The notes under the pieces are model-generated. The model had not been told where the DNA came from. It did no database searches and saw only the letters and a program-made list of their open reading frames with translations. The position numbers and the translations under genes were made by a program. 25,615 bases of DNA from a virus (lineage: Duplodnaviria; Caudoviricetes): IMG/VR virus record IMGVR_UViG_3300033417_000048, positions 1 through 25,615 of that record. One strand, written 5' to 3'. Positions 16,949 to 25,217 of this stretch are shown in pieces. Position 1 is the stretch's first letter. Each line of letters starts with the position of its first letter.

Positions 16949-17389
16949 TTACGCTGCTACGCCCAGACCGAACGCGGAAGCGATGACCGACGCGGCTTGC
17001 GTGGTCGGCTTGGTGCGCGCGTTGTACTGGATGGCGATGATGCCGCCAACAATCGCGTCAGCAGTGGTGCGGGTCAGGCTGCCAAACACATATTGCAGCG
17101 CGGGCTTGTACACGTCCACCATGAGGACTTTGCTGTCCGCTGAGGTGCCGTCGGCAGTGAACGCATCAGTGGCCTTTTGCGTCACGGGTGTTGGGCTGGA
17201 CACGCTGTTGGCGCTGTTGCCCTTCACGGTCAGTGTCAGCACGCTGGCGGTTGTTACGTCGCCGGTCAGCGCGATGAACATGACCCCTTCGTAGCCGGAC
17301 ATATCCAGCACGTCGGTAACCAGTTCGGTTTGTGCGGCAGCGGCAGCGGCCTCGACTACGGTGATTTTGATGTCTTTGCTCAGATTCAT
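16949..17389 (-). CDS. Putative capsid decoration/cement protein
   Basis: Start reassigned to ATG 17389 (AAGGAG RBS); 146 aa; LDMSGYEGVMFI motif; immediately after the capsid gene. Confidence 0.7.
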   Translation of the reverse strand: MNLSKDIKITVVEAAAAAAQTELVTDVLDMSGYEGVMFIALTGDVTTASVLTLTVKGNSANSVSSPTPVTQKATDAFTADGTSADSKVLMVDVYKPALQYVFGSLTRTTADAIVGGIIAIQYNARTKPTTQAASVIASAFGLGVAA

Positions 17390-17404
17390 TTCATTCTCCT
17401 TGAA

Positions 17405-17430
17405 GATGGGGCGACTCACGCCGCCCCGTC
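17405..17430 (-). terminator. GNRA-loop hairpin after the major capsid gene
   Basis: GACGGGGCGGC-GTGA-GTCGCCCCATC (one mismatch), followed only by TTC. Confidence 0.5.
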
Positions 17431-17434
17431 ACGA

Positions 17435-18658
17435 TTAGCCCAGCTTGACGCGCGAGAAAGCCTCAGCCAACGTCGGCATGCCGTCGCAGGCCAAACGACC
17501 GATGAAGCCAGTCTGGTCGGTCTCAGCATACAGTTCCTTGAGCACTTGGATTTGGAAGTCCAGCGCGTCGGCGATCCAGTAGTTACTGAAATCACCCAAG
17601 ATGCCGACATACAAACCTGTCGTGAAGGTGTTGGGTGCGTACTCGGACATCATCATCGGACGGCCCAGCAGGGTGTCAGGCTCGCCAGCACGTACCGACT
17701 CGCGCCACATATACTGACCGTCGCCGTCTTTCAGTTTGGCAATTTGCTTCACCGCATCGCGATGGAACATCCAGTCAGCGCGGTTCCAGTAACCACCCTT
17801 GAGGCTGTACTTGGCTTCCATCAGGCCGTCGAAGGTGACGCTGGTTGCGGTGTTGCCGGTCGATACGTCGCGTGCGGTGGTAACGCCGTCAGCACTGGCG
17901 GTGAACAGGCCGAGCGGCTGGTTTACACCGGAGCCAGTCAGAAACGCTTTTTCCTGCGTGATGCCAAACTTGTAAGCCAAGCGCGAACGCACGATACCCT
18001 CTGCGCCAGCAGCCATGCGCAAGAACTTGTTGGACACCTTCAAGCGTTTCGCTACAGGGTGCGGGTTCAGCGCACGTTTGCCGAAAGACATGTCGCCGTC
18101 CTCGTTGCCGGTCGCCAGTTCGGTCGTCCAATCCGCGTCAGCCGGATCAGCAGCCAGCGATGCCGCGCCCAACGATGCCGCAGTCGGGATGGAGAACTTG
18201 GTGGCGCGCTGGCGGATGAACACCATGTCGTCGATGTTCTTAATCAGGCCCGCGACGAACTGCTCTGGGGCGACCACGAAGCCGCCAGCGGTGTCGCTGT
18301 CGGCTTGCAGGGCGCGTACTTCCGCATCATTCAGCGAACGAGCGCCGGAGATGATGAGTTTGGTGAACGCCTTGGTGCGCAGCTCAACTTCGGGGTCGAC
18401 AGACTTGCCGCGCGCCTCGCCTGTGGCGCTGTCGATACCGCGTGCAACATCAGCAGCGGCGGAACGCTCGGCTTCCACCAGCTTTTCTTCACGCTCCACG
18501 GTTGCGCCGATGTCGGCAACCTTGCCCATCAGTTCGTCATACGAACGCGATTCGGCTTCGTTCAGGCTGCGCTTTTCCGCTTCGGCCTTGTTCAGCAGTT
18601 CGCGTGCGTCGTGTACCAGCTTGCCGCGTTGATCGCGGAGTTCTTTGAGCTTGCTCAT
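17435..18658 (-). CDS. Major capsid protein, HK97 family
   Basis: 407 aa; N-terminal coiled-coil delta domain, GGFVVAPE, GSGVNQPLG, KLKDGDGQY, LLGRP and GDFSNY motifs. Confidence 0.97.
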   Translation of the reverse strand: MSKLKELRDQRGKLVHDARELLNKAEAEKRSLNEAESRSYDELMGKVADIGATVEREEKLVEAERSAAADVARGIDSATGEARGKSVDPEVELRTKAFTKLIISGARSLNDAEVRALQADSDTAGGFVVAPEQFVAGLIKNIDDMVFIRQRATKFSIPTAASLGAASLAADPADADWTTELATGNEDGDMSFGKRALNPHPVAKRLKVSNKFLRMAAGAEGIVRSRLAYKFGITQEKAFLTGSGVNQPLGLFTASADGVTTARDVSTGNTATSVTFDGLMEAKYSLKGGYWNRADWMFHRDAVKQIAKLKDGDGQYMWRESVRAGEPDTLLGRPMMMSEYAPNTFTTGLYVGILGDFSNYWIADALDFQIQVLKELYAETDQTGFIGRLACDGMPTLAEAFSRVKLG

Positions 18659-18673
18659 AATTTTTCCTTCCCT

Positions 18674-18686
18674 ACTGCCTCACGGC
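18674..18686 (-). promoter_or_regulatory. GCCGTGAGGCAGT motif (GNRA mini-hairpin), capsid leader copy
   Basis: Exact 13-bp match to 12829-12841, next to the capsid RBS; preceded by a longer hairpin at 18697-18734. Confidence 0.55.
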
Positions 18687-18756
18687 GTTGGTTTTGCCCG
18701 GTAAAGAACATCATTTACGACATCCGCTACCGGGTGGCGCGGATTGCCAAGATTTG

Positions 18757-19329
18757 TCACAACATAGCCAAGTCCAAGCGCCGAGCCCTCAGGCCCGTGC
18801 GCCACGAGTCGTCCGTCTGTTGCAGTTGCTTCAAAGAGCGCACCGCCACGTCTGTTGAGGCGTAGGCGGGATAAGTTACGGGGGATACGTCGAACAGTTC
18901 GACTTCAAGCAAGGTGCGCAGCCACTCGCCGTCCACCTTGTCCCAGCGGTCAGAGAGGGTGCGGAAGCCGAAGCTGCACTGGTTCACGTCACCGCGCGCA
19001 ATGGGTGACATCACCATGTCGCGCACGAGTTGCGTGTCGGGAGCATCGCACTCGTAGTACAGTCCCGCCGTGTCCTCGGACATGCGCAGCGTGCCGGACT
19101 TGTTGCGGCCCAGCACAATGTTTGCGTCGTGGTTCCACAGCGCGCGAACGTCTCCGGATTGAATCGTTTTGGCGAATGCGCCTGGCGCGATGCGCTCGCG
19201 GAAGCCGCCCAAGTCCTCGGAAAGCGAGTCGAATTTAGCGGCATGACCGCAGATTTTTGTCGGCGCGCCACCCTCGCCAGTAACGGCGCGAAGCTCACCT
19301 ACTACAATTCGACGTTCTTCCTTGTCCAT
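18757..19329 (-). CDS. Prohead maturation protease, HK97 family (peptidase S78)
   Basis: ERIAPGAF, ALWNHD, SFGF and ELFDVSPVTYPAY motifs; AGGAG RBS. Confidence 0.96.
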   Translation of the reverse strand: MDKEERRIVVGELRAVTGEGGAPTKICGHAAKFDSLSEDLGGFRERIAPGAFAKTIQSGDVRALWNHDANIVLGRNKSGTLRMSEDTAGLYYECDAPDTQLVRDMVMSPIARGDVNQCSFGFRTLSDRWDKVDGEWLRTLLEVELFDVSPVTYPAYASTDVAVRSLKQLQQTDDSWRTGLRARRLDLAML

Positions 19330-19358
19330 AGCAGACTCCTGTTAATGTGCGCACCGTA

Positions 19359-21779
19359 TCATGGCTTCGGTTCGGGCGCAAGTGGCTTCGGGTCAGTCTT
19401 GCCCATGTCGCCAATTTTAATCATGTTCATCTGCACGGTGTAGTCATCCATCCCGCCCTCGGTGCTGGCGTTGCGGCCTTCCAGACGACGAATCTCGTTG
19501 CGGTTCATCCAGCCGTTCTGTGACGCGGAGGCGTAGAACTTGCTCCGCGCATCACTGTCGCCGCGCATCAAGCCGTCCATATCGAACATTGCCGAGTGCG
19601 TGTAGCGATCACCGAACAAGTCACGTTGCATCGCTTGTTCCCAGCGGACAACCTGCGGGCCGATGGTGTCAGTGACCCACTCGATACCCTGATGCTCGAT
19701 GTTATTATTTGTCGAGTTGTGCGAAACAACCCCGTCAGCTATAAAGCAATGCGACTCTTCGACCTCTATGTCAAAAGTGGGTTCTGCTGCGACTTGCGCT
19801 ATCGATGAAATTCGAGCCAGTGATGCGCCGGGCATGTTGAAATTCGTGCCGCCGAAGCGCGGGTATGCGCGATCTTTCTTACAAAACGACTTGCCGGACG
19901 CGAAACGAACGATGTACCTGTCATCGTGTGACCCGATTTCTGAGTTTGCGCCGGGATCGCTACAAGTGAACCTGTGCATCAGTGTGAATTCGCCGCTCTT
20001 CGGGCAAAACGCTTTCCCGCTATTGCGATCCGCGCGGGTATTGGTGACTGGCACGCCGCACGACATGCACAGGTGGCGTACGTCATCCAACAGCGGTTTG
20101 CTCGCCGAGTAGAACGTAATGCGGCCCTTGCCATCAACCGTGCCGTCGCCATCCAAGAAGCCGCGCAGGAACGCGAGCCTCAAATCGCGCGGCACCTCAA
20201 AAACCCATCCAGGCACGCGTTTAGTGAACGCCGTTCCAGAAAACCCTAATTCGTTCAGTTCATTTGCGGCGACAGTGGACTTGAATTTTGTCTGCCTAAC
20301 GCTTTCTGTGAAGAAAATAACAGAAACGCCGTCAGCTTTTCTAAACTCACGAGCCATTGTCTCGCGGTACGCCTCCATGTACGAAGTGTTCTCGCCCCGC
20401 GCGATCTGCACGCCGGAAAGCCGCCCGTTCTCTCTTGTCAGATTCCCATCGGCCATCAGCAACCCCGCAAACTCCATAAAGCCGGGCGTCAGAGCGCGTC
20501 CATTCGGGGCAACTGAGATACCCTCTTCTGGCAGTTTATCAAGTGTGACGAGGGTGTCCCCGATACGCAATTCCCCCGCCATAACGTATTGATTTTCCCA
20601 TTCGACGCGCATCTTTTTGCCGCCGATGTTCTTCCCGCCGATCTCGCCTTTTTGCAGTTCGCGCAGGAGTTCTCGACGAACGAGCAGTTTGTGATTTTCA
20701 GTGCAACGCACCGTCCGGTTGGTTGTGCGTATTTCGATTAACTCTCGCGTACCATTGTTCCACGTGTTCGTGACCTTGCGCAGCACCATTCCGTCAGGCG
20801 TAGGACTCCACACCTGATCTCCGACTACAACATCTGCGATGCGCTTCGGCCCGCCCACGGCGAACACCAGTGTGTCCGCCGGCATACACCGCGTCAGTTC
20901 CCCGACCTTGTGCGGCGGTACGCCGAAGATGCGGCATATCTCGGAGATTTGCAGGTTGCGCGTCTCAAGAAACTGCGCGTCCTCGCTGGTCATGCCGACT
21001 TGCTGCCATTCCAGCCCATTCTCAAGCACCGCGATTCTGTTGGAGTTGCTGACTCCCCCATGCACCTCGCTCCACGATTCGCGCAGGCGTTTGACTGCTT
21101 CTTGGTCTTTGAGGGAGCCTGCCATCTTGAGCAGGCCGCCTGGGCGCGCACCGTTGCCGAACAGTCGCGCACCGTGTTCCTCGGTGGCAAGCGCCAGCCC
21201 GACTGCTTCACGGTGCAGACCGATGGGGCTGATCGGATTAACACCGTCCATGCTCATCAGGTGCAGGTAGAACATCTCGGATTGCAGGATGATGCGCTCC
21301 GCGCCGTCGAGCGGCGTGTACTTGAATGCGAGCTTGCCGTCCGGCGCGCGAAACGGTATCACGCGGTCAGGATGCAGCGGCACAAGTTCCGCCACACCAC
21401 GCCCGCCCGTGCTGACCAACTCGGAGTAGCATCGACCGCGCAGGCAGAAGTGTGCCTCCATCATCTCGCGCCACTCGAAGCTAGTCTGCCAACGATTCGG
21501 TCGGTAGGCCAGCGTATTGAACATGGCGTGTTGCCGCGCTACCTCATGCCCACCGTCTGCCAGATTGCGCTCGACAGTGAGGGGTAGCGATGCGAGTGTT
21601 TGGGAACGCAGCGAGACGCAGCGGAATACGGCGGTGACGCGCATGGCGGTGTCCGCCGTGACGTTCATGCCGGAGGCCGAGCGCGAACCCATGCCGAGCC
21701 ATTCCGCCACAACAGGGTCGCGCGGTGGGCCGACTACGCCAGCCGTGGCACGCGACTCAAGAGTGCGCAGAATAGCCAT
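19359..21779 (-). CDS. Portal protein, HK97 family, intein-containing precursor
   Basis: Start reassigned to ATG 21779 (TGATG overlap). 806-aa precursor, 415 aa after splicing. PNRWQTSFEW, FGNGARPGG, DAQFLETR, IFGVPP and NEIRRLEG motifs. Confidence 0.95.
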   Translation of the reverse strand: MAILRTLESRATAGVVGPPRDPVVAEWLGMGSRSASGMNVTADTAMRVTAVFRCVSLRSQTLASLPLTVERNLADGGHEVARQHAMFNTLAYRPNRWQTSFEWREMMEAHFCLRGRCYSELVSTGGRGVAELVPLHPDRVIPFRAPDGKLAFKYTPLDGAERIILQSEMFYLHLMSMDGVNPISPIGLHREAVGLALATEEHGARLFGNGARPGGLLKMAGSLKDQEAVKRLRESWSEVHGGVSNSNRIAVLENGLEWQQVGMTSEDAQFLETRNLQISEICRIFGVPPHKVGELTRCMPADTLVFAVGGPKRIADVVVGDQVWSPTPDGMVLRKVTNTWNNGTRELIEIRTTNRTVRCTENHKLLVRRELLRELQKGEIGGKNIGGKKMRVEWENQYVMAGELRIGDTLVTLDKLPEEGISVAPNGRALTPGFMEFAGLLMADGNLTRENGRLSGVQIARGENTSYMEAYRETMAREFRKADGVSVIFFTESVRQTKFKSTVAANELNELGFSGTAFTKRVPGWVFEVPRDLRLAFLRGFLDGDGTVDGKGRITFYSASKPLLDDVRHLCMSCGVPVTNTRADRNSGKAFCPKSGEFTLMHRFTCSDPGANSEIGSHDDRYIVRFASGKSFCKKDRAYPRFGGTNFNMPGASLARISSIAQVAAEPTFDIEVEESHCFIADGVVSHNSTNNNIEHQGIEWVTDTIGPQVVRWEQAMQRDLFGDRYTHSAMFDMDGLMRGDSDARSKFYASASQNGWMNRNEIRRLEGRNASTEGGMDDYTVQMNMIKIGDMGKTDPKPLAPEPKP
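19716..20888 (-). mobile_element. Intein (391 aa) with LAGLIDADG homing endonuclease
   Basis: Block A CMPADTLV, block B CTENHKLL, LAGLIDADG helices FAGLLMADG and FLRGFLDGDG, block F TFDIEVEESHCFIADG, block G VVSHN followed by +1 Ser. Confidence 0.96.
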
Positions 21780-21940
21780 CAGCCGCGCACACCTAGCAAG
21801 AATAGGATGCCGCCGATAGTGATCCATGCAGCGGGGGGGTAGACTTGCGCGATGCCGTAGCCGAGCATGATGAGACCCCCGAACACGAAGGTGTCGCGGA
21901 GGTCTATAAGGTCAGTCAGTTTGGACAGAATCTTGCGCAT
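21779..21940 (-). CDS. 53-aa two-TM protein preceding portal
   Basis: Start reassigned to ATG 21940; MRKILSKLTDLIDLRDTFVFGGLIMLGYGIAQVYPPAAWITIGGILFLLGVRG; such small membrane genes often sit between terL and portal. Confidence 0.8.
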   Translation of the reverse strand: MRKILSKLTDLIDLRDTFVFGGLIMLGYGIAQVYPPAAWITIGGILFLLGVRG

Positions 21941-21947
21941 GGGCGGC

Positions 21948-21976
21948 AAGATAGCACGGGTCTGGTTATCTCGCAA
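21948..21976 (-). promoter_or_regulatory. Putative sigma70 promoter for the portal operon
   Basis: TTGCGA-17 bp-TATCTT with TGn extension; ATG follows 7 nt after the -10. Confidence 0.5.
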
Positions 21977-22001
21977 CCATGCCTCGCCATGACGCGAGCG
22001 A

Positions 22002-22460
22002 CTAGGGGCCGACGAGGCGCATGTTCTTGGTGAAAGACGCACTCGCCGGAATGTCAAACAACACCCCCTCGTCAGTAACGACCGCATCGCACTGTTCCGG
22101 TTCAGCGAGGGACGGCAGGCCGACAGTCCAAGTGAACCGCGCAGTGAGTCGAGATGCCACGCCGCCTTTGACGACGTGCTTACTGGATGCCGACAACATC
22201 CAACCCCCCGATGCCACCCGTTTGAGCAGTGCCTGCGGGGTAGGTGCGTCTCGGTCAAACAATATCGTGACCCGATCCCCGGCGATGAGCCGAGCCTTCT
22301 TTGCGATGTCCGGTGAAATCGACACGCGCAAGGAGAATCTGGTAGGTTCCCCCTTCTTTGACGCTTTGTCCACCGCAACTACAACGTCGGCAGCATTCGC
22401 GGGCTTGTTCCCTTTGCGCCCAGTGTGTCCCGTGATGTCCGAAATAGATACAAAAGCCAT
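22002..22460 (-). CDS. Hypothetical protein with AbrB/MazE-like motif (moron-like insertion)
   Basis: 152 aa, GAGGGG RBS; LRVSISPDIAKKARLIAGDRVTILFD resembles the swapped-hairpin DNA-binding motif. Confidence 0.65.
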   Translation of the reverse strand: MAFVSISDITGHTGRKGNKPANAADVVVAVDKASKKGEPTRFSLRVSISPDIAKKARLIAGDRVTILFDRDAPTPQALLKRVASGGWMLSASSKHVVKGGVASRLTARFTWTVGLPSLAEPEQCDAVVTDEGVLFDIPASASFTKNMRLVGP

Positions 22461-22517
22461 TTTAATTCCCCTCAGTCGTTACGCCCGAAGTTGGACGCAG
22501 CCGAATACTGCCTGAAA

Positions 22518-22533
22518 TTGACGGAGGGGTCAA
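22518..22533. promoter_or_regulatory. TTGAC-N6-GTCAA palindrome overlapping a possible -35
   Basis: Perfect 5-bp inverted repeat right after the terL stop; minus strand reads TTGACC-17 bp-CAGTAT (weak -10). Confidence 0.4.
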
Positions 22534-24204
22534 CTATATCGCAACCACGCCTCGCTCGTTATACACGCTGGTTGTAGCTGCGGGATTGAGCGCCATGAGC
22601 GACACAGCGTTGAGCAGCGCCATCAGCGGGTCGATCTTGGCAAAGCCCGAGGCTTGCTTGGTGATGCTCACCGCGTTACCCTTCGGCTCGATTCGGGCGT
22701 TGCCGATGCACCACGCCATCATGGGCGAGCCACCGTGCAGCAGATTGCCCTCGGCGAGCCGCCGTTCCGCCGTCTTGATAGCCCCCGCCATCTTCCAACC
22801 CTGCGATATGCCAACCACCATGTCCTCTGGTATGTCGGCTTCCATCAGGGCGTCGAGTATCGCGCCGATGCCGTATGGGTCAACGCCGATCTTGTCCAGC
22901 ACGCCCGCTTCGTGGATGCGTTTGATGACGTCTACCACATCCATCACGTCGTCGCCGATGTCTTTGACCAGCACGAGGTCGCCGTCGCGTGAAAAGTCGT
23001 GAAATCTAGGCGCTTCGGCCTTTCTGCGCTCCAAAACACTCGGATGTGCCCACGCTTTGCCCCAATGTAACCATTTTCCGGTCACTTTGTCACGTCCAAT
23101 TACGGCAAAACCGAGCAAATCGTCCAATCCGCCGCCGTCTATGCCCACATCGACGACCTCGCAACGCTCAAGAAGCGCGTCCAGGGTGATACTCTTGTCG
23201 GCGAATTGCTCCCAATAGTCGGCCCCGGCCCAACGGTCGGAGCGTAGTGACATACCTATCTGGACATTTTGGTGCTTGGCCAGGTACTCCAGCATCTTCT
23301 CTTCGCCCGCTTCTTCCGCTTGCTTGCGCAGGTGCATCAGGCGAGACTCGCTGACCGACGCGCCGAGGTTCGGATTGGTGACGTAGAGGTTCGCGGGATC
23401 TCGGTAGCTCTTGTCCTTGAGCATCCGTTCGGGGTACTCGTAGATGAGAGGCAGAAATTTCGGGTCATGGATGCGCCCGTCGCGTACTCCCCGCGCGTAT
23501 TGCAGCTTCTCAAGGAACACGCCTGCGGGCGGGGCGTTAGATTGTGTCGTCGCGTAGATGACAAAACCCTCTTCGCGTGAGGTAAGACCACCCGTGGCCT
23601 CCAGCAGCATATCGCTGGCCCCGGCCTTCATACCGAATTCGTGCAATTCGTCCACGAAAACGCCTGTCGCCTTCTTGCCCGCGACCGTCGCGCTGTCTGC
23701 TGCAACGACTTGCAGCGTGGCGTTGGTGGTTCGGTGCGTGATGGTGCGGAGGTGCTGCTGAACTTGGAACAGTGTGGCTAATTCGGGGTCTTTTGCGATC
23801 ATGTCCCGCATCGGCTTGAACGAGTTGTCCGCGACCTCCTTAGTTGGGCTGAGCACTAAGAACTCCGCCGACTCGCGCCGATTGCATATCAGCATCGTGA
23901 GCATGATGCCTGCCGCGAGGGTACTCTTGGAGTTCTTCTTGCTGATGAGCAGAAAATACTCGGTTATGTGCCGAACACCGTTGTCGTCCAGACTGCCAAA
24001 CACCTTTTCCGCAAAGTCCAGCAGCCACGGGCGCGAAACCTCGCCGATTGTCGGGCATCCGATGATGTCCGCGACCTTGAGTTGCGTGAAAACATCGAGG
24101 CTCCACGCCGCTTCGTCGGGGAATAGTGTGGGAAATGGGAGTAATGTGTCACCCGCGATGATGCGTTCTTCCCAATCCGGGCAGGAAGTGGTGCGATCTG
24201 TCAC
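22534..24204 (-). CDS. terL: Terminase large subunit
   Basis: 556 aa; P-loop SKKNSKST, Walker B VFVDELH, TTQS coupling motif, nuclease GIDGGGLDD and KIDPLMA motifs. Confidence 0.96.
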   Translation of the reverse strand: MTDRTTSCPDWEERIIAGDTLLPFPTLFPDEAAWSLDVFTQLKVADIIGCPTIGEVSRPWLLDFAEKVFGSLDDNGVRHITEYFLLISKKNSKSTLAAGIMLTMLICNRRESAEFLVLSPTKEVADNSFKPMRDMIAKDPELATLFQVQQHLRTITHRTTNATLQVVAADSATVAGKKATGVFVDELHEFGMKAGASDMLLEATGGLTSREEGFVIYATTQSNAPPAGVFLEKLQYARGVRDGRIHDPKFLPLIYEYPERMLKDKSYRDPANLYVTNPNLGASVSESRLMHLRKQAEEAGEEKMLEYLAKHQNVQIGMSLRSDRWAGADYWEQFADKSITLDALLERCEVVDVGIDGGGLDDLLGFAVIGRDKVTGKWLHWGKAWAHPSVLERRKAEAPRFHDFSRDGDLVLVKDIGDDVMDVVDVIKRIHEAGVLDKIGVDPYGIGAILDALMEADIPEDMVVGISQGWKMAGAIKTAERRLAEGNLLHGGSPMMAWCIGNARIEPKGNAVSITKQASGFAKIDPLMALLNAVSLMALNPAATTSVYNERGVVAI

Positions 24205-24812
24205 GCAACGACTCTCGGCCTGAACTTACTGCTACCCACAACCTTGTTGGCGTCGTCCTGCTGAGTAGCCTTCTTACCCTTCTCCGGCTTCTTGTTGGCC
24301 TCGACCTGTGCCGCCAGCAACAGCCGTAACGTGTTGGAGCGCGTCGGCAAGCTGATCGCCTTCATCATGCCCGCACGTCGACGCCCGTCTTGATCGCCCG
24401 CCGTCTCGGCCTCGATCAACTCTTCCAGCTCTCCAATGTGACTGGTCACGCAATCCAACTCGTCCAGCATGCGGCGGATGAGGTCGCCCGTAAGTTCCGT
24501 GTTGGTCGCCGTGGCAGGCGTGGTCGGTTCGTGGCGCAGCGCCGTGGCGGGGACGGGGGGTAGCGTGGCGGCGGGGGTTGGCTGTGCCGGTGCAGGGCGC
24601 GGCGTTGGCTCACGACGCAGCAGCGCCTTCGGCACGGGCGGAAGAGATGTGGGCAACTCAGGGTATGGCAGGCCGCGCACCCAGCCACGCTCTTTCGCCT
24701 TCTTACGGATTGCGCCCTCGGTGATGCAGTGCGCCTTCGCCAGCTTGACGTTGCTCATCGTGTCGGCGCAAAACGCCTTGCCGATCGCTTCCCAATTTAT
24801 CGGGCCGGACAT
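24201..24812 (-). CDS. terS: Terminase small subunit
   Basis: N-terminal HTH (INWEAI...ITEGAIRKKAKERGWVR), C-terminal KGKK...SKF; overlaps the terL start. Confidence 0.8.
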   Translation of the reverse strand: MSGPINWEAIGKAFCADTMSNVKLAKAHCITEGAIRKKAKERGWVRGLPYPELPTSLPPVPKALLRREPTPRPAPAQPTPAATLPPVPATALRHEPTTPATATNTELTGDLIRRMLDELDCVTSHIGELEELIEAETAGDQDGRRRAGMMKAISLPTRSNTLRLLLAAQVEANKKPEKGKKATQQDDANKVVGSSKFRPRVVA

Positions 24813-24874
24813 TTTATCACCCCCATCGCACGAAGCGCATCTCTCGCCGCAAGCACTTGCGCTTTCTTAATCAT
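24797..24874 (-). CDS. Possible 25-aa micro-protein
   Basis: MIKKAQVLAARDALRAMGVIKCPAR; GGGGAG RBS and ATGA overlap; very short. Confidence 0.3.
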   Translation of the reverse strand: MIKKAQVLAARDALRAMGVIKCPAR

Positions 24875-25017
24875 TTTCTCCCCTTCCACGCCTGCCATAT
24901 GGCCGCAGCAACCAATGCAACCACAGCACAAGACCACAACCATACCACCCACTCCGGCAGAATGACCGCAATGCCGATTTGACCATGCAGTGATGGCACT
25001 ACCACGCTGCCAATCAT
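24871..25017 (-). CDS. 48-aa membrane micro-protein (not in ORF track)
   Basis: MIGSVVVPSLHGQIGIAVILPEWVVWLWSCAVVALVAAAIWQAWKGRK; ATGA overlap with the upstream gene. Confidence 0.5.
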   Translation of the reverse strand: MIGSVVVPSLHGQIGIAVILPEWVVWLWSCAVVALVAAAIWQAWKGRK

Positions 25018-25217
25018 TTGAACGCCCTCCACAGGTGCGCGACGCCCTCAGGTATGCACCAATCGTATTCGCTATCGTCGTCGCTAAACACCCACCCCGT
25101 GAGGTCAACCGCGATGAGCGGGATAAAAAGCATTAGTGGCGCGAACGCAAATCCAACAAAGCGCAGCGCCATCTTTATTAATTTACCCACTGTGTTGTCC
25201 TCCTGTAATTTTCTCAT
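25014..25217 (-). CDS. Small hypothetical membrane protein
   Basis: One TM segment plus an acidic patch; start may be the GTG just downstream of the AGGAGG at about 25200. Confidence 0.55.
   Translation of the reverse strand: MRKLQEDNTVGKLIKMALRFVGFAFAPLMLFIPLIAVDLTGWVFSDDDSEYDWCIPEGVAHLWRAFK

Noticed and set aside
17177-18865. 562-aa plus-strand ORF, and other long antisense ORFs (6956-7969, 9878-10879, 16413-17294)
   Set aside because: They lie antisense to well-supported genes in GC-rich, codon-biased DNA and show no recognisable motifs; treated as shadow ORFs.
21780-22378. N-terminal extensions in the ORF track (199-aa ORF 21779-22378; portal start at 21827)
   Set aside because: They overlap better-supported genes. 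Downstream starts at 21940 and 21779 fit the promoter position and stop/start coupling.
23915-23950. TerL P-loop reads KKNSKST instead of GKS/T
   Set aside because: As I recall this variant is common in this terminase subfamily; it is not evidence of inactivation.
24797-25108. 103-aa Cys-rich ORF
   Set aside because: Overlaps two coupled ORFs in other frames; only the last 25 codons have an RBS and coupling.
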